A stretch of 38,601 nucleotides of DNA from Octopus bimaculoides. Lineage: Eukaryota. The position numbers and the translations under genes are program-made. This document shows, piece by piece, positions 10,462 through 21,518 of this stretch; positions within the stretch are counted from its first letter, which is position 1; every line of letters starts with the position of its first letter. The stretch is from contig NC_068996.1 in the NCBI RefSeq assembly GCF_001194135.2, positions 23,113,646 to 23,152,246 on the forward strand, given 5' to 3'. The notes under the pieces are model-generated. The model was not told the DNA's origin. It did no database searches and saw only the letters and a program-made list of their open reading frames with translations.

Positions 10462-11740
10462 TTATGTCATCCCATAAATAATGTGGTTTTTTAATACTTC
10501 CTTTATTTTTCAAAATTAAGATAAACAAAGTTCTTTTTTAACCTAAAATATATTCTCCTTCATTTTCTGCAATGCTCTTCCATCTATCTGGTAGACTTGT
10601 AAGGCCCCTCTTCCAAAGTTCACTTTTCTGTGACGAAAAATAGTCCTCCACTACTGTTCTGACTTCATCTACAAAATTCATTTTTTTTCCATCCAAATGA
10701 CTTTGAAGACTGCAGAATAAATGATAATCAGATGGGGCAATATCTGGCAAATATGGTGGGTGGGGCATCGTTTCCCATCTAAACTGCTCCAGCCCTTGAA
10801 ATGTCATCCTCACTGTATGTGGCCATGCATTATCCTGATAAAAAAACACCTTTTGTCTTGAAACCAAAGATGGTCGTTTTTCTTCTACCACTGACTTAAG
10901 CCACTCAAGCTGCTCTCAGTAGATCTCCTTTATTATCATTTGGTTTGGATTTAAAAATTCAAAGTGGATTAAACCTTTCATATCCCACCAAACAGATAAT
11001 AACACTTTACGTGGGTGAAGACCTTCTTTAGCCTGAGGTGCTGGTGTTCTTCCTTTCCCTACTCACTGTCTTTGGCACTTGACATTTTTATAGAGAACCC
11101 ATTTCTCATTACCAGTCGCTATTTGGTCAAAAAAATATTCATTCCTGTGATATGACAGCAAAGAAGAGCACACATTCACTCTGCATGCGATTAAACTTGG
11201 AAAGTTTGTGAGGAACCAATTGACCCAATTTGCTGACATTTTTGGATGGCACTCAGGCATAAATGAATGGGTGAATGACCAAATCCAAGCTTCTCTACTA
11301 GTTCCTCAACAGTTATGATGGTATTTTGTTCCATCAGGGTTTGCAAGACATCCTTGTCGAGCTCTACAAATCTTCTAGGACAAAGCTCATCTTCTAGGCT
11401 GTAGTTTCCAGCTTGGAATTTCTGGAACCACCTGACTTATGCTTACTGTCTGATCTCCATATACTGCATTAATATTCCCTGCACTTTCTGTTGCGTTATT
11501 GCCTTTATTGAACTCATAAAGCAAAATATGCCAAATATGCTCCTTTGTCACTTCCATTATAGCTTTGAAAAAATAACTGTTAAAATCGAACTGCACTCTT
11601 CAGAACTTGCACTAAGAATAAGTACAAGGTCAAATTACTACCTGGTTTTATAGCAAGTTGATGCAGGTAGTTTATCCCATCCCCCTCTGACTTAGTTCAT
11701 GCAATTAAAAAAAAACTGCATTATCTATGGGATGACCCAA
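10462..11740 (-). mobile_element. Full-length (1279 bp) mariner DD34D transposon, inactive
   Basis: About 30-bp TIRs TT(AT/GG)GTCATCCCATA(A/G)ATAATG..GTTTTTT at 10462 and 11740, with TA on both sides (10460-61, 11741-42). Confidence 0.93.
10538..11557 (-). pseudogene. Mariner transposase pseudogene
   Basis: MEVTKEHIWHILLYEFNKG (HTH start), IATGNEKW (first D changed to N), QDNA...PYLPDIAPSDYHLF with exactly 34 residues between D2 and D3. Split over several frames with stops. Confidence 0.93.
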
Positions 11741-12339
11741 TATATATATATATATATGCAGACATACACGCTTACACACAACACACATATATAAACATTT
11801 GTAAGCACATACAAACACATATATATGTATATTTTTGCGTGTGTATGTGTGCTTATATATATATATATGTATAAGAAATTAAAATGACAAGGGAATATGA
11901 AATTAATTAGTGAACTTCATTAGCTTACTGCTATTTCTTCTATAAGGTGCAATACACTCACAATTGAGTGCTTGTGTACCCTACTGCTTTTCATAGTTGA
12001 GTGCTTGTGTACCTTATTGCCTTTCTGTGCACATATAAAACTATACTTGCATGTGTGTGTCTGTGAGTATAAACATATATCTGTAATATCAACTCACTTT
12101 CTGTATCTATACACACACACATGCTGTTATCTGTAACATGTCTCCTTGTCCATTCCCTCTTTAACTTGTTAATCTATAATTGTCAATTTGTCTAGGTTCT
12201 TTATGTAGAGAAATTTTTATGACCCCTGTCTTGGATTCTCTCACTTTCTAGCTATTTCCATTCCCAGATGTATTTTTACATATTCTTTTTTATTTCTTTA
12301 CATAGGGGGTTTCTTCATATATCAGTTATACATACATAC

Positions 12340-12372
<33 letters not shown>

Positions 12373-12941
12373 NNNNNNNNNNNNNNNNNNNNNNNNNNNN
12401 NNNNNNNNNNNNNNNNNNNNNNNNNNNNNNNNNNNNNNNNNNNNNNNNNNNNNNNNNNNNNNNNNNNNNNNNNNNNNNNNNNNNNNNNNNNNNNNNNNNN
12501 NNNNNNNNNNNNNNNNNNNNNNNNNNNNNNNNNNNNNNNNNNNNNNNNNNNNNNNNNNNNNNNNNNNNNNNNNNNNNNNNNNNNNNNNNNNNNNNNNNNN
12601 NNNNNNNNNNNNNNNNNNNNNNNNNNNNNNNNNNNNNNNNNNNNNNNNNNNNNNNNNNNNNNNNNNNNNNNNNNNNNNNNNNNNNNNNNNNNNNNNNNNN
12701 NNNNNNNNNNNNNNNNNNNNNNNNNNNNNNNNNNNNNNNNNNNNNNNNNNNNNNNNNNNNNNNNNNNNNNNNNNNNNNNNNNNNNNNNNNNNNNNNNNNN
12801 NNNNNNNNNNNNNNNNNNNNNNNNNNNNNNNNNNNNNNNNNNNNNNNNNNNNNNNNNNNNNNNNNNNNNNNNNNNNNNNNNNNNNNNNNNNNNNNNNNNN
12901 NNNNNNNNNNNNNNNNNNNNNNNNNNNNNNNNNNNNNNNNN

Positions 12942-13315
12942 CGTCGCTTACGATGTCGAGGGTTCTAGTTGATCCGATCAACGGAACAGCCTGCTCGTGA
13001 AATTAACGTGCAAGTGGCTGAGCACTCCACAGACACGTGTACCTTTAACGTAGTTCTCGGGGATATTCAGCATGACACAGTGTGTGACAAGGCTGACCCT
13101 TTGAATTACAGGCACAACAGAAACGGGAAGTAAGAGTGAGAGAAAGTTGTGGTGAAAGAGTACAGCAGGGTTTGCCACCATCCCCTGCCGGAGCCTCGTG
13201 GAGCTTTTAGGTGTTTTCACTCAATAAACACCCACAACGCCCGTTTTGGGAATCGAAACCGTGATCCTATGACCGCGAGTCTGCTGCCCTAACCACTGGG
13301 GCATTGCGCCTCCAC
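12942..13315 (-). mobile_element. SINE-D with complete tRNA-like head
   Basis: Minus strand GTGGAGGCGCAATGCCCCAGTGGTTAGGGCAGCAGACTCGCGGTCATAGGATCACGGTTTCGATTCCC. Near-identical body to 16810 and 20521. Confidence 0.9.
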
Positions 13316-13610
13316 ATATATATAACATACAAACAAACATATATGTGTGAGTGCACGTATGTTTGTATCTCCTTGTCTTGACATCGTGTGATAATTGTAA
13401 ATAAGTGTCACTGTTATGCAAGCAGTGTCATTCATTTCCAACACACTGCGAAAGCATGTTGAGCCATTGGGATTACTTTGCTTGGAAACAGGTCAGGGTT
13501 AGTAACAGTAAAGACGCATGGCCATAGAGAATCAGCCCCATTAAATTTTATCTGACTCATGCATGCATGGAAAAAATAGACATTAAAATGAGGATGATGT
13601 TAATGATAAT
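13316..13610 (+). mobile_element. SINE-C 3' half
   Basis: CCTTGTCTTGACATCGTG...TTGCTTGGAAACAGG...CATGGAAAAAATAGACATTAAAATGAGGATGATG, homologous to 15235-15478. Confidence 0.7.
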
Positions 13611-15061
13611 GATGTGTATGTGTGTATGCACGTTTGTATATACATATATATGTAGATAGGTATGTGTGTGTATGTATGCATGTTTGTATATATACATATA
13701 TATCTAGGTAGGTACGTGTATGTGTGTGTGTGTATATATATAAAACATAACAGGAAGCTGGAAAATTTTTTGGTATTATATGTGTGTGTGTGTGTGTGTG
13801 TGTAATAATGAAAGGAATGTAGTGACACTAATTATGAATATCATTAATATCCAAGGAGTGGGGTGAGAATGACTCACGCAAACCTTCTGCATACTAAATA
13901 CAAATATAGAAGAGTCTCATATTCATAACATAGTCAATGTGTTTTGTGTTTAAATTAAGAAAGTGTGCTCTGTATGTATATTATGTACGATTGCATGTCG
14001 TGTAGGATAGTGTGTGTGTGTATGTTGTAGTGCATATTGCATGAAGGTATATGGTGTATGTTGCATTGATGCGTTTGTTGTAGTGTCTTGTGCAATCTGT
14101 GTGTTATGTGTGTGTGTGTGTGTGTGTGTGTGTGATAGTTATATCGTTTGTGTTTATGTATTTTACAGTGCCAAAAGGTAAACCTGAAATTAGGAGGGTG
14201 GTGGTGTTGATGTCGTGATGTCGTTTAAATCCAGGTGAATTTTGAATGCATTCCAGCCATGACTATCCTGTCATTTTGAGGTGATCTCCTTATGTGTTTT
14301 CCTGATGTTCCACTATGCCATTTGTGTTGCTTTACAACACTGCCACTTTCCTACCATTTATAGAGACCCCCATCCCCACCCCAACTCTATTTGTTTATTC
14401 TAAATATGTCATTCTACTATCTAACCTACTTATATACTATATACTATTACACACACACACACCTATGTGTGTGTGTTTGTGTGTGATGTTATTCCATGCT
14501 CACAAATATTGTGTAACTTTGTGTGCTGGTAAATGGAGGTGAGACTAATTATGCGTGCATATGGGGGTCTTGCGTATATGTGTGTGTTGTTGTTGTTGTT
14601 GTAGATTGCAGGAGTAGTATCAATTTGAATTAAATTTTAATTAGTTGCTTCTCTGATTAATTCATATTCAGTATTTTCTAAAATTAATTTATTCCATCTG
14701 GAATTCTGCCTTCACTAACATCTTGAAACATTTACATTTTGAATGCCCTCTTCCTCTCTAACTCCTCTCTAGGTCTCTATCTGTTTTTTTCTTCTTGTCA
14801 CTATCCTTCTCTACTGCTCTTTCTGTCTCTTCCTCCCAACCTCTTTTGTATTTATAATTCTATTAAAATTTCTGTATTGGTTGTATCTTAACTTTGCAAT
14901 AATTATTTTATTTTGTTTGTTAAGTTGCTGAGTGACTACAAACTATTAAGGCATGGCACAGAAATTACATAATTCAATTTTTAAGTTCTTTATTAGCATT
15001 TCTGATTCTCATACTTCCTCTCTCTCATACACACAGTTTTACATCATAAACTTCCAAGTAC

Positions 15062-15478
15062 AAGCATGGCTGTGTTCAAAGATCCTACTGTGCAACCACC
15101 TGGTTTTGAGTTCCATCTCACTGTGCCGTACCTTGGGCAAGTGTCTTCTACAATAGTCCTGGATAAACCAATAGTGAGATTTGGTAGATGGAAACTGTGA
15201 AGAAGCCAGACATATATATATGTGTGTATGTGTATCCTTGTCTTATCACGTGTTGGCTATAAATGAGCATCACTGTTATATAAGTGAGGTTGTTCATTTC
15301 CAGTCTTCCATGAAAAATGTCTGGGCATGGAATAATATTACCTTGCTTGGAAACAGGGTAAAGGTTGGCATCAGTAAAGGCATCCACTCATAAAGAATCT
15401 ACCTCAGCAAATTCCATCTGACCCATACAAGCATGGAAAGGTAGACGTTAAATAGTGATGATGATGATGATGATGATA
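15062..15478 (+). mobile_element. SINE-C, full length
   Basis: A-type head and ACCTTGGGCAAGTGTCTTCTAC, microsatellite, distinct body, AGGCATCC...CATGGAAAGGTAGACGTTAAA(GAT)n tail. Confidence 0.8.
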
Positions 15479-15727
15479 AAGATTCTATTCTAGTAGTTAG
15501 AATTGGAATATTTTTATGCAATAAATATATATTATATTTGGGAATTAGCTTATATTGGTCCCTGGGTGGGGGTGGGGGTCTATGATTTTGAACATTAAAA
15601 ATACTGAATTATTATCAAAGCGGTGCTCCAGCATAGCCGCAGTTTAATGGCTGATATAAGTCATAGATAAACTGAATCTGGAAGAGTGCAGCAATTTAAG
15701 GCTAAAACTCACTAATTTTCAAATATT

Positions 15728-15920
15728 CTTTTCTACTCTACGCACAAGGCCCGAAATTTTGGGGGAGGGGGCAGTCGATTAGATCGACGTCAGTACGCAA
15801 CTGGTACTTAATTTACCGACCCCGAAGGAATGAAAGGCAAAGTCGACCTTGGCGGAATTTGAACTCGGAACGTAAAGACAGACGAAATACCACTAAGCAT
15901 TTCGCCCGGTGTGCTAAACA
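15728..15920 (-). mobile_element. Young SINE-B, 5'-truncated, 14-bp TSD
   Basis: TSD AATTTTCAAATATT at 15714-15727 and 15921-15934. CpGs retained. Confidence 0.9.
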
Positions 15921-16809
15921 AATTTTCAAATATTGATAAAACTGTCAGCCCTTGAGTTGCTCTGTAAATTCTGCAGATTAAAAAACTTTAAAAACGATAC
16001 TAAAATATTTATAGAAAAAAAGAAAACAAAAACCAGCTGAATATGAATTGGAGGAATGTGCTTTTATAATCGATTTTTCTTCAAGACATCTTTTTCCTCC
16101 TAATTAATTCTTTCAGCAGTAATTATTTTCACTTTAGTTTTTGTTTAAACCCATGTGAACCGGTCTTTCATTCGTGGCTCTCCTGTCCATTTTGCATATC
16201 GAGGACAACAGTATCCAATGTATTTATTTTTAGAAGGTAATGGTGGGTTACTTGTAGGAAGAGTTGGCGTCGATTTCTAGTGAGTTTAGTAAGTACCTGG
16301 AGGACTTCCTTCGGTTAATGTAACGTTCATGCTAGTGGAGGAGAGAAAGTGACAGTTTGTGTCTAATCTCAGATATTCAAAATGGTTAATTTGTGTTTAA
16401 AGTACTACCTTGACTTTATTTGGTTGGAATTTTATCTGTTGAAATAACTAGTGTGAATGTGCATGTGAAAGAGGGGAAGTGAAAGAGAGAAAAACATGAA
16501 GCAGCTGCAGAAATTACGAAGCGCGTGAGGACGTGACAAGGAGTCGGTGAGCGAAAATTAGTTTGTAAGACTGACAGACGTGGTTAATTTAATCATTGAA
16601 TGTGTGAGGGAGAGAGGGACTGATATAGAAACAAATTAAAGTGGAATGGATATTAATTTTATACATCCTTCAAGGATGAAGGGCAAAGATTTCCTGGGCA
16701 CGTTTTGAGCCTGAATCTAAAGGAACACATTTAATCTGATGCTCTACCTATTCTGCTACTTCACCTCACCGATCCTCTCACTTTGACATACAAAAAAGTT
16801 TGTGTGTGT

Positions 16810-17170
16810 GTGGAGGCGCAATGCCCCAGTGGTTAGGACAGCGGACTCGCGGTTTCGATTCCCAGACCGGGCGTTGTGAGTGTTTATTGAGCGAAAACAC
16901 CTAAAGCTCCACCAGGCTCTGGCAGGGGATGGTGGCGAACCCTGCTGTACTCTTCCACCACAACTTTCTCTCACTCTTACTTCCTGTTTCTGTTGTGCCT
17001 GTAATTCAAAGGGTCAGCCTTATCACACTGTCACACTGAATCTCCCCGAGAACTACGTTAAGAGTACACGTCTGTGGAGTGCTCAGCCACTTGCACGTTA
17101 ATTTCACAACCAGGCTGTTCCGTTCATCAGATAAACTAGAACCCGCGTCGTCGTAACAGACGGAGTGCCA
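16810..17170 (+). mobile_element. SINE-D, head-deletion subfamily
   Basis: GACTCGCGGT|TTCGATTCCC lacks 14 nt that are present in the 12942-13315 copy. Confidence 0.9.
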
Positions 17171-17819
17171 CGATATATATANNNNNNNNNNNNNNNNNNN
17201 NNNNNNNNNNNNNNNNNNNNNNNNNNNNNNNNNNNNNNNNNNNNNNNNNNNNNNNNNNNNNNNNNNNNNNNNNNNNNNNNNNNNNNNNNNNNNNNNNNNN
17301 NNNNNNNNNNNNNNNNNNNNNNNNNNNNNNNNNNNNNNNNNNNNNNNNNNNNNNNNNNNNNNNNNNNNNNNNNNNNNNNNNNNNNNNNNNNNNNNNNNNN
17401 NNNNNNNNNNNNNNNNNNNNNNNNNNNNNNNNNNNNNNNNNNNNNNNNNNNNNNNNNNNNNNNNNNNNNNNNNNNNNNNNNNNNNNNNNNNNNNNNNNNN
17501 NNNNNNNNNNNNNNNNNNNNNNNNNNNNNNNNNNNNNNNNNNNNNNNNNNNNNNNNNNNNNNNNNNNNNNNNNNNNNNNNNNNNNNNNNNNNNNNNNNNN
17601 NNNNNNNNNNNNNNNNNNNNNNNNNNNNNNNNNNNNNNNNNNNNNNNNNNNNNNNNNNNNNNNNNNNNNNNNNNNNNNNNNNNNNNNNNNNNNNNNNNNN
17701 NNNNNNNNNNNNNNNNNNNNNNNNNNNNNNNNNNNNNNNNNNNNNNNNNNNNNNNNNNNNNNNNNNNNNNNNNNNNNNNNNNNNNNNNNNNNNNNNNNNN
17801 NNNNNNNNNNNNNNNNNNN

Positions 17820-17880
<61 letters not shown>

Positions 17881-17915
17881 TACCTACACATGTATGTACA
17901 TACATACACATACAC

Positions 17916-17946
<31 letters not shown>

Positions 17947-17970
17947 ATACACGTACATACATATACATAT
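17820..17970. repeat. (AT)n(AGAT)n(GT)n compound microsatellite
   Basis: Seen directly. Confidence 0.9.
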
Positions 17971-17978
17971 ATTGTAGA

Positions 17979-18350
17979 AGCATGGTTGTGTTCTGTAAGT
18001 TCGCTTTGCAATCACGTAGTTCCCATTTCAGTTCCACTGCGAGGCACATTCTACCAGTGTCCGAAGTTTGAAAGTGTTTAGTTGCAAAAAATTAATTTCT
18101 CGATCTGCCGTTCAAAGGGTAAAGATCCCAGTATTTTCCTCCATAACTCCGGGACGACCAAATGTAAGTGAATTCCATAGATCAAAATTTGTGTGGAAAC
18201 CCGTCATGTGTGTGTGTGTTCCTACCACTACCGCCTAACAACCGATGCTGGTTTGTTTATATGCCTGTGACATAGCGCTTCAGCAAAAGTGACCCGTTAG
18301 AATAAGTACTAGTTAAAAACCTCAAGTACTGGTGTCGATTTCCTGTACTA
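17979..18350 (+). mobile_element. Old SINE-A with an internal insertion
   Basis: Head at 17979-18060. ACAACCGATGCTGG...TAGAATAAGTACTAG...TACTGGTGTCGATTT at 18238-18345. Confidence 0.65.
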
Positions 18351-18744
18351 AAATCGGAAATTATGCAGATTTGTTTTAGATCGTTTCTGCTTTTTATTCT
18401 TTTAAACTTAATTCTACCCCTTGAACTCCTTTAAAAGCAACAAGAACTTTAGAAAAGCTATTATTTTCAAGCTTGTACGTGTAGTGTAGATTACGTTAAT
18501 GGCAAGAATCATTGGTTAGTTCAAGTTGGACATTAAGTTGCGGTATTTAGTAACAGTTCTATCTATGCCAGTATAAGATTCTCTTGTTAAAATTTGTCTG
18601 CAATAAATTGCTTATACTTCTTCATACACTAAATGTTTTAATTCTTTAAAATACAATTGCTAATATTTGATTATAAAAATATAGTAGGATGTTCTCTCTC
18701 TCTCTCTCTCTCTTTATATATATATATATATATACATACATTGA

Positions 18745-18818
18745 ATGCCTATGGATGTACATCCAAGTAAAATAGGAACCAAAGGGGTCCATTGATAAAA
18801 AGTGTTTGAGAACCACTG
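18745..18818. mobile_element. hAT/Charlie-like MITE end
   Basis: Ends GGGGTCC...GTTTGAGAACCACTG, the inverse of the CAGTGGTTCTCAAAC hAT terminus. Other end not found. Confidence 0.45.
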
Positions 18819-18943
18819 ATCTGTTTTCTTGACTAGAATACCGTTAACACCAACTTCACAATTTTTTATCCTTGCGGGCTCTATAGAACATTATACTCTC
18901 CTAAATATCTTATGGCCTTGTGTCAGTCTTTAAAAGGAGGGGG

Positions 18944-19282
18944 GGCTGGTTGTATGGTTAAGAAGCTCTCTTTTGAATCACGTGGTTTTGGATTCAGACA
19001 CGTTGCGCGGCACCAAAGGCAAATGCCTCGGGCCAGCTATAGCCGTGTGAGTGAAATCAGTTGACGGAACTGGGGATGCATGTTGCACGCGTGTATCTAT
19101 CGTTCTCTCTCTCTCTATATATATATATGTGTGTGTGTGCATATATATATGTATATATATATAATCTGTATGCTTGTCATACCTACTACTTGGTAGCCGG
19201 TGTTGGTTTGTTTATGTCTACGCAACTTGACAGTTCGGTTACGAGGCTGATAGAATAAAATCAGTAGAAAGTCGATTCTGCC
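18944..19282 (+). mobile_element. Old SINE-A
   Basis: Head, GGCACC...CTCGGGCC, microsatellite, CCGGTGTTGGTTTGTTTA...GATAGAATAA. Confidence 0.7.
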
Positions 19283-20375
19283 TTTAATCTTTTCGGAGTC
19301 AATAAAATTGCTTGTTTTGTGCCAAAATAAGAAAGGATTGTTTGTATTTTGACCGATTCTTCCAGGATCGATACAAAGAATATGAATCAATTCAGTCCAG
19401 CGCCTGTTTTTTTCTTTTTCTTTTTTTGTGTGTGGTGGGTTAAGGATTAAAAGAGGAAAATACTCCAAATATTCCCTCCGAGAGTATGCGCAGAAATTTA
19501 TCTATAAGCAAATTTCGTCCTTTTCTACTAAGTGCATACACATTTTAACCCTTTTGTGCACTAGTTCCGACACGTGTGCGTGCGCGCGCAAGCGCATAGC
19601 TTAGCGGACAAATTTCGATGTTCAACAAAATTTTATATGAATAAGAATATTTTAATCTTCGATCCATGAAGTACCGTTAGGATTTCATTTCAAAGTATGA
19701 AGGTGTTAAGAGTTCCAATTTCGAGCAGATGTGTGTAGTTCTTCGACAGCATTTTACCGATATTGTTAGAGAAAACGGACCGTTTAGTACAACTTCCGGC
19801 AGAATGTGTGAAGTGATTTATTATTTCATATAAACAGCATTGAGACTACGCTAAATGTCTGTCTGTGCGACGGGCTGGCTAATCGCTGATATGGCTTGCT
19901 TTGTCCTGGGTACTCTGTTCAAATCTATCCGGTTTGTTCTTTGTACTGCAAAGTAGAAGCTGACTGAGAGCATTTCCTAATTCGGAAACAGAAAATGTTT
20001 CAAAACAATTAGGTTTTTTTTTGGGGGGGGGGGCACAAGAACTAATAAGCATGTAAATTTTAATTAAAAAAAAAACATGCCTTAAAACGAAACAGAATGG
20101 TCATATATGGGAAGTTTTAGCTGTCGAAATTTCTTTGCATGATGTACAGGCACATAACGCATACGCAAAAAGAAAAGGAAGGATCGCCAAGAAAGGTGGG
20201 TGAGTGAATGATGTCATCTACCATACCGACGGATTGCTGAAAATGTTTCGAACCGTAGTCTAGAAATAAATATTTAGATTAAAGGTGAAGGTCTGAGCTT
20301 CATAACATTCCACCTTATTCAACACACAGTTATTTCTACGTAGTGGAAAGGATACAAATATATTATGGAAAAATT

Positions 20376-21045
20376 TGGTTCCGGGTTGTCACACTGCGCG
20401 GCACCATGGGCAAGTATCTTCTACTATAGCTCCGAGCCGACCATAACCTTGGGAGTAGATTTGGTAAACGGAAACTGAAAAAAGCTCGTGTGCATGTTTG
20501 TCCCCTAATACCGCTTGAGAGTGGAGGTGCAACGGCCCAGTGGTTAGGACAGCGGACTCGCGGTTTCGATTCCCAGACCAGGCGTTGTGAGTGTCTATTG
20601 AGCGAAAACACCTAAAGCTCCACGAGGCTCTGGCAGGGGATGGTGGCGAACCCTGCTGTACTCTTTCACCACAACTTTCTCTCACTCTTACTTCCTGTTT
20701 CTGTTGTGCCTGTAATTGAAAGGGTCAGCCTTGTCACACTGTGTCACGCTGAATATCCCCGAGAACTACGTTAAGGGTACACGTGTCTGTGGAGTGCTCA
20801 GCCACTTGCACGTTAATTTCACGAGCAGGCTGTTCCGTTGATCGGATCAACTGGAACCCTCGACGTCGTAAGCGACGGAGTGCCAACAACAACAACCGCT
20901 TGACAAGCGGTACTGCTGAAATGATCTATAGAATAACTTACCAGGCTTTAAAATAAAATAAATGTTGCCGATCTTTTCGACTACAACCCTTCAGAGCGGT
21001 GCTCCAACACAGCCGCAGTCCAATGACTGAAACAAGTAAAAGATA
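20376..21045 (+). mobile_element. SINE-A split by a SINE-D insertion
   Basis: 5' part 20376-20520 and 3' part 20895-21045 rejoin into one SINE-A. Confidence 0.85.
20521..20894 (+). mobile_element. SINE-D, head-deletion subfamily, nested, with TSD
   Basis: TSD ACCGCTTGA(G/C)A at 20510-20520 and 20895-20905. (AAC)n tail. Confidence 0.92.
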
Positions 21046-21518
21046 AAATGATAATCTGATTATTTTATTTTGAAATGTGAATATTTTAATGTTCGTGAAT
21101 ATGCAGTACGCACAGATAGATTGCTCACACAAATACACACGCACGTTATGTATGTACATTTCTCTCGCATACCCCGCTTTTAAAACTTAATGCTTGAAAG
21201 AACGGTACGGGTGTCTGATGATAACATTTCCATAAGTAATTACTTCAGCAGCTTACGATCGTAAAATAGGATGGAATATAAAATTTGTCACCAAGTCTTG
21301 GTGGAGAAGGGATGCGAAATTGATACAGATGGCGAGCGAAATTGCTTTCAGAGTTATAAACAAGCAACGTCAGTTATTTAAAATATAGATTTCGAATTTG
21401 CTAATGTTTTTCATATTATTCTGCAAAACAAACTTAAATAAATGAAGGGAAAAAAAAAAAAAAAACTATGTGACTGCATATACATTCTATTTTTGTCCAC
21501 TCCGTCAAAATCCAGTTA

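Noticed and set aside
11964-12014. 17-bp repeat TTGAGTGCTTGTGTACC twice
   Set aside because: Ordinary local tandem duplication.
13250-13315. tRNA-like sequences with A/B boxes at many SINE heads
   Set aside because: No complete cloverleaf, and each runs into a SINE body, so none is called a tRNA gene.
5950-15920. SINE strand bias as a clue to host-gene orientation
   Set aside because: B copies are minus and A/C copies are plus, so the signal is contradictory.
20205-20300. C/D snoRNA candidate (ATGATGT...CTGA...CTGA); also a minus-strand TTGATGA...CTGA at 6747-6833
   Set aside because: Imperfect C boxes, no terminal stem and no recognisable rRNA complementarity.
16756-20685. Paralogous-looking ORFs MRESCG(G/E)RVQQGSPPSPARA (16756-16974, 20389-20685; similar at 12978-13220)
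   Set aside because: Antisense or sense translations of SINE-D copies, not a gene family.
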